From: Candidatus Micrarchaeota archaeon
GTDB lineage: Archaea; Micrarchaeota; Micrarchaeia; Anstonellales; JAHKLY01
NCBI GenBank assembly: GCA_020854825.1
Contig: JAHKLY010000002.1
Coordinates: 96,001 to 160,000, forward strand
Reading direction: 5' to 3'
DNA: 64,000 bases
In this document: one piece after another, positions 49,993 to 59,169 of the stretch
Layout of the letters: each line of letters begins with the position of its first letter
Position numbering within the stretch: position 1 is the first letter of the stretch
The notes under the pieces: generated by a model
Databases searched by the model: none
The model's input: the letters and a program-made list of their open reading frames with translations, nothing else
Told to the model about the DNA's origin: nothing
Program-made: the position numbers and the translations under genes

Positions 49993-50550
49993 TTGGAATA
50001 TGGTGAATATATGCTACCTGAACTTAAACAATTAATTATCTCGCTCAAGCAAAAGAGAAAACAGTTAGATTTATCTCAAAATGAACTAGCCAAAAAATCA
50101 GGAGTTTCTCAATCTTTAATAGCCAAACTTGAATCAAACAAAGTAGTGCCAAGCTATAATGCAATTCAAAAAATAGAAAACACATTGGAAATGATATTGT
50201 ATGAAAAAGAAAAGAAAGTCGCTGATATAATGCACTCTCCAATACTTTCTGTTGACGCCGGCGACACTGCTGAAAAGGCAGCAGGGATAATGAAAAAGCA
50301 TGACTACTCGCAGATCCCTGTTAAAAAAAACAGTGAATTTGTAGGAAGCATATCTGAAAGAGAGCTAATCAGTGTAAATAAGAATGTAAAAACATTGGAT
50401 ATAATGGGGCCATTATTTGATATTGTGAGTTGGGACACACCCATTTCATCTATTAAAGCAATGTTTAAAGATAGAAACAAGAAGGCAATTCTAATCCGAA
50501 ATAAAAAAGGAGAAATAAAAGGAATTGTCACTACTCAGGATTTAATTTGA
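49993..50550 (+). CDS. XRE-HTH + CBS-pair transcriptional regulator
   Basis: LSQNELAKKSGVSQSLIAKLES; VADIM, YSQIPV, GIVTTQDL. Confidence 0.9.
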   Translation: MEYGEYMLPELKQLIISLKQKRKQLDLSQNELAKKSGVSQSLIAKLESNKVVPSYNAIQKIENTLEMILYEKEKKVADIMHSPILSVDAGDTAEKAAGIMKKHDYSQIPVKKNSEFVGSISERELISVNKNVKTLDIMGPLFDIVSWDTPISSIKAMFKDRNKKAILIRNKKGEIKGIVTTQDLI

Positions 50551-50555
50551 TAATT

Positions 50556-50639
50556 TTGTTTCCTTTAAGAAACAAGTTATACAGTATTTGTTTCCTTTAA
50601 GAAACAAAAAGAACTTATTTTGTTTCCTTTAGGAAACAA
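50556..50639. repeat. Three 20-bp palindromic direct repeats with a 32-bp period
   Basis: TTGTTTCCTTTA(A/G)GAAACAA at 50556, 50588 and 50620. Confidence 0.85.
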
Positions 50640-50667
50640 TTAAAAACTTATCGTGTATATATTTATT

Positions 50668-51933
50668 ATGCAATCAATGAAAAATGAAATTAAAAAGATA
50701 ATTTTAGAATTTCAACAAAATGGAATCCCTGACTTTATTTCTAGGGAAACAAAAATCTCCTCATTATTAAAAACAGGTATGGCACTTATTATTACTGGTC
50801 CCCGTAGAGCGGGAAAATCATATTTAATGTTTCAATTGATGAAAGAAACAAAACTTCCTATGGAACAGATCGTATATATAAATTTTGAAGATAATAGATT
50901 GGCAGAATTTAATTATAAAAATTTTGAAGATATTATAGATGCATATAAAGAATTATCAGAGTTAAAACCTGTTTTCTTCTTAGATGAAATCCATATCATT
51001 GATAAATGGTGGCTTTTTATAAGACGTCTTGTAGATCAAAAATATGTTGTTTGTATAACCGGCTCAAATGCAAAATTATTAAGTAAAGAATATGCAACAC
51101 ATCTTGCTGGAAGAGGAATTGAACATTTACAATTACCTCTTACATTTACAGAATATTTAAAATTTAAGAAGATTAAAAAACCAGATAAAAATATTCTTTT
51201 TTCTAATAAAAGATTTGAAATTAATAATTTATTTAAAGATTATTTAATATATGGTGGTTTTCCTTCAGTTGTACTGTCAGAAGAAAACCAAAAAAAAATA
51301 CTTAACAGTTATTTTAATACAGTTGTATATAGAGATATTATTACCAGATACAACATAACTGATGAAGGAGCATTTAATATTTTTTTAAAAAAACTTGCAG
51401 AAAATATTGGTAATCCATTTAAATATGCGGGTATTGAAAGACTTATGCATCAGGTAGGATTAGATATAACCCGTAAAACATTGATAAATTATTCACAATA
51501 TGCAAATAATGCATTTTTTATATTCAAATCTATAGATATTCGTTCATCAGTTAAAAGAAGAGAAATGGAAAGAAAAATTTATCTAGTAGATAATGGATAT
51601 CTCCATTTATTCTATTCAGATAATGATTTAGGTAAACCATTAGAAAATGCGGTGGCTATCTGGATTTATAACCATTATAAAGAATTAAATTATTTCAGAG
51701 AAAATGAAGAAATTGATTTTATTCTTCCAAATGGTATACCTATTCAAGTGTGTTGCGATACAACAAACGAAAGAGAAATAAAGTCTCTATTAAAATATAT
51801 GGAGTATAGTAAGCAAAAAAAAGGATATATAATAACTCTAGATGAAGATAAAATTATTAAAGAAAATAATATTGAGATCCACATACTTCCAGCATATTAT
51901 GCATTTCTATATCCTGAAAATATATTAAAATAA
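50668..51933 (+). CDS. AAA_14/DUF4143-like ATPase
   Basis: GPRRAGKS, YINFED, LDEI, TGSN, LAGR, YGGFP, KIYLVDNG, LENAV, EIDF, IQVC. Confidence 0.9.
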   Translation: MQSMKNEIKKIILEFQQNGIPDFISRETKISSLLKTGMALIITGPRRAGKSYLMFQLMKETKLPMEQIVYINFEDNRLAEFNYKNFEDIIDAYKELSELKPVFFLDEIHIIDKWWLFIRRLVDQKYVVCITGSNAKLLSKEYATHLAGRGIEHLQLPLTFTEYLKFKKIKKPDKNILFSNKRFEINNLFKDYLIYGGFPSVVLSEENQKKILNSYFNTVVYRDIITRYNITDEGAFNIFLKKLAENIGNPFKYAGIERLMHQVGLDITRKTLINYSQYANNAFFIFKSIDIRSSVKRREMERKIYLVDNGYLHLFYSDNDLGKPLENAVAIWIYNHYKELNYFRENEEIDFILPNGIPIQVCCDTTNEREIKSLLKYMEYSKQKKGYIITLDEDKIIKENNIEIHILPAYYAFLYPENILK

Positions 51934-52081
51934 TTATGCAATCAAATACAATTGAACCTTTCACTAAAAATAGGTTTAGTTAACTTTCATTAATTTAAAT
52001 TAAACATAGTTTCCTTTTTGAGAAAGAAACTTTTAATAAATAATCTCCTTTTAAAAAACTTCGATATTAAATATAAATAAA

Positions 52082-55000
52082 TTAATCTTCGTGTTTTGGG
52101 CAGTAAAATTTATACCCGCAATTTCTACAAGGCCAATCATCTATAGTAGGTGTAAACGTATGTTCATAATCGTTAACTATATTTTTAGCGCAATCAATTA
52201 GCGCAGTTCTAATGTCATTAATATTAAATCCGTTAGTTGCGCCTTCAAATGATACTTCTCCATTATCATCTATAATCCCAGTAATTGGTTTATCAAGTCC
52301 AAGCATTTCTAATGTAATTTTCTTAGGTTTATATCCCATTTCAGTTAAAGCAACTGCATAAAATCCTAACTGCCATGCACGTTGTGTAGAAGTAGGTGCA
52401 ACGCCTGTTTTATAATCAACTATTTCAACCTCTTTTTTATCTAAATTTAAAAAATCTATTCTATCTGCTTTTCCATAAAATCTGAAACCTTCTAATTCAA
52501 ATGAGAGTTCAACTTCAACTTTAGAATTCTCGTCATATTTATCTTTATTTCTTTCCCAAAAAATTGTTAACATATCTTTAACTTCATTTATATCAATTTC
52601 TTTCCAATTTGGCTCTTTACTCATATCTTCGGCAATACTAAAAAACTCTTCTTTAGTTCTTACATTTCTATCAACACCTTTTTCAAGAACTTCATGCACA
52701 AAAGAACCTACTGATGCTCTATTAAAATCAAATCCTCCTCTTTCAGGCATATGAAATAACTTACTAAATTCATATTTTTTAGGACATTCTAAATATGTCA
52801 TTGTAGCTGTAGGACTAAACGTAAATGAAGAAGGAGTAAATTTAAGTCCTGAAGAACAGGTTTCACACATTTTAAGCTGTTCTTTCATCTCATCTTTATC
52901 AATTAATGTATTTAAATCAACTGATAAATCAATTATTCTGCCTTCTCTCATTGTATAATAATTCGCAAGTCTAGACATTAATGAATCTAAATTCTCACTA
53001 TCTAATGCTTTAATAAATTGGTCTTTTAATTTATATTTAAACTGTTCGTATTCAGACACTGGAGCTAAGAAAGTATATCTTTCTTCTTCATCAACAGTAA
53101 ATTCAATATCATTATTTTCCAAATAATTCATTTCATCTAAAAATATAGATTGTTGTGTTGAGTCTTCATCATTATTATAAGATCTAGCATATGTTAAAAC
53201 TAATTCTTCTTTAGTTCTTGTTAATGCAACATAACATAATCTTCTTTCTTCTAATAATAAACTATCTTTTTCATATTCTTTAATAGCTTTTTCAATATCA
53301 ACATCTCCTAATGTATTAATATATTCTTTAATTGCTGGATTAAGAACTTTAGGTATTAAAGGTTCTTTATATGTTCTTTCAACAGGAAATCTTTTGTATG
53401 CAAGATTAGTAAAAATTACTTTCTTAAATTGTAAACCCTTAGTTGCGTGAATAGTCATTAATCTAACTGCATCAATATCCTTAACTTTTGATGCAGGAAT
53501 ACTAACATTTAACTTATCTAAAATTTCAATATAATGTATAAAAGAACTTAATTTTTTAGAATGTGTGTTATAATAATTCTCGGCTATATCATAAAACTGT
53601 TTAAGATTCATTAATGCTTCAGTATTTTTAATATTTCTTTCATGTGAAAAAGCACGGCTTAATCCTGTAAATTCATATATATCTAAAATAATTTCTGGAA
53701 AAGGTTTATCTGATGAATCATTAACTTTTTGTAATCCATCAACAACTCGTTTAACAATTTTTTTACCTTCCTCAGATAACTCAAGATTAGTTAAATTATA
53801 GAGCATTGTATAATCTACAGATTCATCTCTTTTTTTCTTCAAATACCTCCCTATTTTTATACTATCTTTAGGAGATAAATTATTTTTTTTAGTAAATAAA
53901 CTCCACCATGACTGTTCTCCAGTACCTGTTCGTTCAATTAAATTATTAAGTATTGATAAATAAGCAACAACTGTTTTTATTTCAGATTTTTCCATCATAT
54001 CTGTTTGTCCTACTGAGACAAACAAAATATTTCTTGCTTCTAATGCTTTTTTCATAAGCTTTGCTTGTTTGTGTGTTCTGCATAATACACAAATTTCTTT
54101 TAATGGAGTTCCTTTTTTAATTTCTTCTTCTACTAATTCTGCAACCTTACATGCTTCTTCATCTTTATTTTTTAATTCAATTACTTTTACTTTTTCTCCT
54201 TCTTTTTCTTGAGCGTTTTCAATTAAAAAACAAGTATCTGTATCATCAAAATTATTTTTAATTAATGTATGTGCTGTCCTAAGAACAGTATTGGGAGATC
54301 TATGACTTTTATTTAATTTAAAAATATTAGTTGTTTCTAAATTAAATTCTTGTTTAAAATGTTTAAAATTATCCATATATGCTCCTCTAAATGCATATAT
54401 AGATTGATTAGGATCACCAACAACTGTTATATTCCCATGATCTTTTGCTAAAAAAGAAATTAATTCAAATTGAAGTTTATTTGTATCTTGAAATTCATCA
54501 ATTAGAATATATTTATATTTTTTTGCGACTTCTTCAGCACCAAAAGTTCTAAATAATGAAACAACATTTGAATTAAGATCAGAATAATCCAAATAATTTT
54601 TTTCTTTTTTCATATCTACATATCTTTTCCAAGCAGAAACAAAATTTGAATATTTTTCATATTCATTATAATTATCTAAATATTTTTTTATCTCTCGTTT
54701 TCTATCTCTTAATATTTTTCTCTGTTCTTTTGTATCTGAAGGTTCTAGGTGAAGTAATTTTATTTCAACATTAAGTTCTCTAATATATTCTTCTAAATTT
54801 CCTATGTCTTTGAACTCCTTACCAATTTCTTCAGTATACTTTTCTATATCTTCTAAAGAAATACCAAAATCTTTTGCTGTTGAAATTGAAGATTCATATA
54901 AATCTGCATTATATGCAGATACATCTAAATCTTTATGTAAAAATACTTTTGCGTCATCAGGTAATAGAATCTCAAAACCTGAATTTATCCCTATTTTATC

Positions 55001-55294
55001 CCCAAATTCTTTAAGAACATCTGCTGAAAATCCATGAAAGGTTCTAATAGTAATATTTGTTCTTTGTTTTAATTCTTTTTCAACTTCTTCTTTTAGATTA
55101 TTTGTAGCTTCATTTGAAAATGTAAGACATAAAATTTCAGATGGATCATAAATATTATTTTTAATCAAATGTGCTATTTTTTTAGTTAAAGTAAAGGTTT
55201 TTCCTGTTCCTGGACCTGCAATTATTAAACAAGGTCCTTTTGTTTCTTCAACAGCTTTTTTTTGTTCAACATTTAACTCTTTTTTAATATCCAT
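52082..55294 (-). CDS. UvrD/PcrA-type helicase fused to a PD-(D/E)xK nuclease with an Fe-S staple (AdnA/AddB-like)
   Basis: AGPGTGKT, DEFQD, VGDPNQSIYAFRGA, TIHATKG, EERRLCYVALTR; CPKKY, GKADRID, VDYKTG, CxxCxxxxxC. Confidence 0.9.
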   Translation of the reverse strand: MDIKKELNVEQKKAVEETKGPCLIIAGPGTGKTFTLTKKIAHLIKNNIYDPSEILCLTFSNEATNNLKEEVEKELKQRTNITIRTFHGFSADVLKEFGDKIGINSGFEILLPDDAKVFLHKDLDVSAYNADLYESSISTAKDFGISLEDIEKYTEEIGKEFKDIGNLEEYIRELNVEIKLLHLEPSDTKEQRKILRDRKREIKKYLDNYNEYEKYSNFVSAWKRYVDMKKEKNYLDYSDLNSNVVSLFRTFGAEEVAKKYKYILIDEFQDTNKLQFELISFLAKDHGNITVVGDPNQSIYAFRGAYMDNFKHFKQEFNLETTNIFKLNKSHRSPNTVLRTAHTLIKNNFDDTDTCFLIENAQEKEGEKVKVIELKNKDEEACKVAELVEEEIKKGTPLKEICVLCRTHKQAKLMKKALEARNILFVSVGQTDMMEKSEIKTVVAYLSILNNLIERTGTGEQSWWSLFTKKNNLSPKDSIKIGRYLKKKRDESVDYTMLYNLTNLELSEEGKKIVKRVVDGLQKVNDSSDKPFPEIILDIYEFTGLSRAFSHERNIKNTEALMNLKQFYDIAENYYNTHSKKLSSFIHYIEILDKLNVSIPASKVKDIDAVRLMTIHATKGLQFKKVIFTNLAYKRFPVERTYKEPLIPKVLNPAIKEYINTLGDVDIEKAIKEYEKDSLLLEERRLCYVALTRTKEELVLTYARSYNNDEDSTQQSIFLDEMNYLENNDIEFTVDEEERYTFLAPVSEYEQFKYKLKDQFIKALDSENLDSLMSRLANYYTMREGRIIDLSVDLNTLIDKDEMKEQLKMCETCSSGLKFTPSSFTFSPTATMTYLECPKKYEFSKLFHMPERGGFDFNRASVGSFVHEVLEKGVDRNVRTKEEFFSIAEDMSKEPNWKEIDINEVKDMLTIFWERNKDKYDENSKVEVELSFELEGFRFYGKADRIDFLNLDKKEVEIVDYKTGVAPTSTQRAWQLGFYAVALTEMGYKPKKITLEMLGLDKPITGIIDDNGEVSFEGATNGFNINDIRTALIDCAKNIVNDYEHTFTPTIDDWPCRNCGYKFYCPKHED

Positions 55295-55356
55295 AATATA
55301 AATATATTTAATATGTTTTTAAACCCTTCTTAAGAGTACATTTCCGGATGAGATAA

Positions 55357-56030
55357 TTAATTACTCCAAGTATCTGAAATTTCATCATATCCCATACTAA
55401 AATAATTTTCTCCTTCATCTAAATTTACATAACAATGTAAAAGCTTCTTACCATCCATCATATGAGTATACTGATTATGTTGTGACATTTCTCCTGTATC
55501 TTTACAAACATTTGTTTCTAACATAAATGATACATGGTCTCTGTTATCATAATGCTGTTTTAATGTATTATAATAATTAAAAGCTAAATTTCCATCTGTT
55601 GTTCTTAAAGTTAACTTATACATATAATCTTCCCAGGTTTTACTTGATGGATTAACAAAACTTAAGGTAGGCAAATTACATCAAAATAATGTTTTCCTTC
55701 ATCTACATTTTGAGTTAAATATAAATATTTTACATTTGCATTTGAGGTCCAAAAACTTGCTTTAAAATCAGTTCTTGCTAATGCCACTTCTTGTTCATTC
55801 ATTATTGAATCCTCCATGGGTGGAATTCCTTCTTCAAATATCTCTTCATGAAATTCTTCATTCATTTCCTCTTCAAAAATTTCTTCATCAGATTCAGCAT
55901 AAATCATATCTTCTGGATATATTTCTTCTAATACATCATAATAACTAAATAATTCTGAAAATACAAACGAAGAAAATATAAATAATATTAAAATCATAAT
56001 AAAACTGATATAAATCTTATTTAAATTCAT
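55357..56030 (-). pseudogene. Exported hypothetical protein split by a probable 1-nt frameshift
   Basis: ORFs 55662..56030 and 55357..55674 overlap; one extra T near 55673-55675 gives continuous ...FDVILPTLSFVNP... Confidence 0.45.
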
Positions 56031-56092
56031 TAAATCTCCCCCTATTTAATTTTAATTTAATAAATAACAAACCAAAACTTTTTATTTGTTCT

Positions 56093-56815
56093 GTGCTTAT
56101 TTTAACTGGTGATATATTGGCAGAAGAAGAAAATTTGCGCAAAAGACCAAGTTCTTCATTAGGTGGAACTACTATCGAGCCTTATGAAGAAAAAAAAGAA
56201 TTTCCTAAAGGAAAACCTCCTGCATATCCATATGAAGAAAAAACTGAAGAAAAAATAGAAAAAATAAAAAAGAAAATAGAAAAAATAAAGGAAAAACCAA
56301 AGCCGCACCAAATTCATGAAAAACACGAAAAAAAATTTACAACTAATATTTTACCTATCTTAGCAATCATCTTATCATTAATAGCAATATCTTTAGTATT
56401 AACCCAAGGAATAGACAAAAACGAATTAAAGGGAATTGCAAGCGACTTAAGAGCATTAAATAATAAACAAATTTCAATTAATATACCAATTGAATCAAAT
56501 TTAACTTTTAATGATATACCCTCAAATCAATTATTTAATGGAAAACAAATAATTCCAGTATATTTTGAAATACCTATAACACAAACAATGAAAGGAAAAG
56601 ATATAAGGACGGGTATATTAATGGAAGTTGAAATAAATGATAATATACTAGTACAAGGAGACATCACTATTGATTTAACAAATTCAAATGTATCTTTACA
56701 GTTAAACAAACCTGCAAAAGCAGTTGGAGAAACAACTTCAATAATACTTGTCAGAGACGTTTATGGAAATGAAATTTCTTCAATTGCTGAAAGATTAGAT
56801 AGATTATCAGAATAA
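56093..56815 (+). CDS. Hypothetical single-TM protein
   Basis: Charged N-terminus, TM ILPILAIILSLIAISLVL, beta-rich C-terminus; start may be the TTG after GGTGA. Confidence 0.6.
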   Translation: MLILTGDILAEEENLRKRPSSSLGGTTIEPYEEKKEFPKGKPPAYPYEEKTEEKIEKIKKKIEKIKEKPKPHQIHEKHEKKFTTNILPILAIILSLIAISLVLTQGIDKNELKGIASDLRALNNKQISINIPIESNLTFNDIPSNQLFNGKQIIPVYFEIPITQTMKGKDIRTGILMEVEINDNILVQGDITIDLTNSNVSLQLNKPAKAVGETTSIILVRDVYGNEISSIAERLDRLSE

Positions 56816-57753
56816 ATAATCTGATACTCAAAAATATTTACTATCTCTCCTTTATCTACTAATAAAGTTAATTTAACTTGTATACTTTCATTAAGTTCGT
56901 GTAATTTAGAAGACTGCACTACAAAATCCATAGGGATATATATCCCTTCTTGTTTAGAAGGTAAAAGTAATACATTCACTGTTTGACTTGTTTTTATTGA
57001 ATACTCATATCCTTCCAATTCATTGATAATCTCTTCATACTCTTCTTTTGGATTAATTAATTCAAAAACCGCAGAAGAATCAATAAAAGATACATTATAT
57101 TTGTCTTCCAAAACTCCTTGTTTTTCAACATCTTCTAAATTTAAAGTTAGTTTAGTATTTTTGATTTGTTTAACCTCTGCATCTAGCGTGATTTCTGTTA
57201 AATGGGGAGCTAATTCAAAACCTACTAACTGAATAATTTTTTCGTATTGAACATACGCTGCAAATTCAATTGTAATGTTATCTCCGATATTGTATATTGG
57301 TGCAGTTTTAATTACTACATATACATCTTCTGCTTCTACTTCTCCAATTTTTTCAGGGAATTTAAGATTTACTCCAGTAATTACTGAATATCCATTTTCA
57401 ATAAGAAGGTCAGAAACATTTTTTGTATATTGGCTACTTTTTAGATTGAATATTGTTTCATTATTACTAATATATGTTTCAGAATCTAACCAATCATTAT
57501 CTTTTAATTGTTCTTTAATTTGTTTTAATTCACCAATATTTCCAGAAACTGTTATTGAACTTGAATAACTCGAAACAGTGACTTGTGTTTCACCTTGAAT
57601 TACATATATTTCTTTTGAAACTTCTTTTTTTGGAGTACTGCTTTCTCTAATACCTTGTAAAAAAGGCATTGCAATCATTTGTAAAACAAAAATTCCAATT
57701 ATTGCTAATACTGCTATCTTTAATAATAATTTTTTATCCATACATATATTCAC
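56761..57753 (-). CDS. Hypothetical membrane-anchored protein
   Basis: N-terminal TM; 330 aa. Confidence 0.6.
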   Translation of the reverse strand: MNICMDKKLLLKIAVLAIIGIFVLQMIAMPFLQGIRESSTPKKEVSKEIYVIQGETQVTVSSYSSSITVSGNIGELKQIKEQLKDNDWLDSETYISNNETIFNLKSSQYTKNVSDLLIENGYSVITGVNLKFPEKIGEVEAEDVYVVIKTAPIYNIGDNITIEFAAYVQYEKIIQLVGFELAPHLTEITLDAEVKQIKNTKLTLNLEDVEKQGVLEDKYNVSFIDSSAVFELINPKEEYEEIINELEGYEYSIKTSQTVNVLLLPSKQEGIYIPMDFVVQSSKLHELNESIQVKLTLLVDKGEIVNIFEYQIIYSDNLSNLSAIEEISFP

Positions 57754-57816
57754 CTTAAAAACTTAATGTTTTAATATATAATAAAATACTTTTAAATATC
57801 TATAGGAGGTTTTAAA

Positions 57817-58404
57817 ATGGATGAAAAAGACATCATACAAATAACGTATACAACAAAAGATGCGGATACAAAAGAGATAATAGAAGATAGAAAGGAACCC
57901 TTATTATTACAATTAAAAAATAGTAATTTACCGGATAAAGTTAAAGATACATTAAAAAACATGAAACAAGGAGAAGACAAAGAAGTTTTTGCTGAAAAAC
58001 CATTTGGAGAAAGACAAAAAGATTTAATCAATGTAGTTTCATTAAAACAATTTACATCTAATAAAATTAATCCGTTTCCTGGCTTAATTGTTGATTTAGA
58101 CGGTCATAGAGCATTAGTTAAAGCAGTTAGTGGCGGAAGAGTAGTTGTTGATTTTAATCATCTATTGGCTGGTAAAAATCTATTATATAATCTAAACGTA
58201 CTTAAAGTTATAGAAAAAGATAAAGAAAAAATAGAAGCATTAGTTGAATCTCAAGATATGAAAGGAGAAATTGACATTAAAGAAAAAAAAGGTACTATTA
58301 AATTGACTGATAAAGGAGATGTAAAAACAGCTACCCAACGAAAAAATGCATTGTTTATTGCACTTAAACAATTCTTACCAGAATTAGAAATCAAATTAGA
58401 GTAG
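57817..58404 (+). CDS. FKBP-type peptidyl-prolyl isomerase (archaeal SlyD-like)
   Basis: KPFGER, SGGRVVVDFNHLLAGKNL; SD AGGAGG. Confidence 0.88.
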   Translation: MDEKDIIQITYTTKDADTKEIIEDRKEPLLLQLKNSNLPDKVKDTLKNMKQGEDKEVFAEKPFGERQKDLINVVSLKQFTSNKINPFPGLIVDLDGHRALVKAVSGGRVVVDFNHLLAGKNLLYNLNVLKVIEKDKEKIEALVESQDMKGEIDIKEKKGTIKLTDKGDVKTATQRKNALFIALKQFLPELEIKLE

Positions 58405-58410
58405 GTACAT

Positions 58411-59124
58411 ATGTTTGATATTGAAAACGTAAATAATACTAATTACTTGTCTCTAATAAAAACAATGCAAGAAAAAGATAAGATTATTTTAGAAAAATCA
58501 AAAGAGGATGAAGATTCTCTTTTATTTTCTTCTTTTGAAAATGGGTTTGAATCTATAGATTATATACTACTTGAACCAAGAACTGCATTTGCAACACCTG
58601 TAAAATATTTTCAAAATTTATATATAAATACTGAAAAATGGCCATTTATATGGAGACATAATTCAACAAGAGCAATTGGATTTAAAAAGTCTAATATTTT
58701 TTTAATTTCAAAACACATGTATGCAGATGAAAGTGGTTTTTCACATTATTTATTTTTAAAATTTAGTAAAGATGAAATAAAAGTACAAAAAGATTTAAAT
58801 TTAAGTTTAAGTTTTGACGGAGATAAAGAAGTTTTTGATCTAAAAACAGGAGAAACTAAAAAAATTTATATACAATTTAATTTTATCCAAAAACCATTTC
58901 ATAAAACTCAAAAACAAAGAGCACAACATACTGCCATGTATAAAAATGCTTATAGGGGGGGAAACATAACCCAAGCTGCTTCTAAATTTGAGGACTATAT
59001 AGTAACTGTCCCTCATTTTTCACCTCATCCATATTTATTATTAAATGGGTTTGAAAAATTAGGGTTTGAAAAACGCTCTGATATGCAAAAAGCTGTTTTT
59101 GATTATTTATTAACAAAATTATAA
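58411..59124 (+). CDS. Hypothetical protein
   Basis: 237-aa ORF in an apparent operon. Confidence 0.6.
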   Translation: MFDIENVNNTNYLSLIKTMQEKDKIILEKSKEDEDSLLFSSFENGFESIDYILLEPRTAFATPVKYFQNLYINTEKWPFIWRHNSTRAIGFKKSNIFLISKHMYADESGFSHYLFLKFSKDEIKVQKDLNLSLSFDGDKEVFDLKTGETKKIYIQFNFIQKPFHKTQKQRAQHTAMYKNAYRGGNITQAASKFEDYIVTVPHFSPHPYLLLNGFEKLGFEKRSDMQKAVFDYLLTKL

Positions 59125-59169
59125 ATCCAAGGGACAGATTTATAAATAAATTCCTTGTAATTAAAACAT

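Noticed and set aside
50556-50639. CRISPR array interpretation of the triple repeat
   Set aside because: Repeats are 20 bp with only 12-bp spacers, there are three copies, and no cas genes are present; an operator array fits better
52008-52031. AGTTTCCTTTTTGAGAAAGAAACT as a fourth copy of the ATPase repeat
   Set aside because: Only a half-site match with different spacing; may be a terminator hairpin or chance
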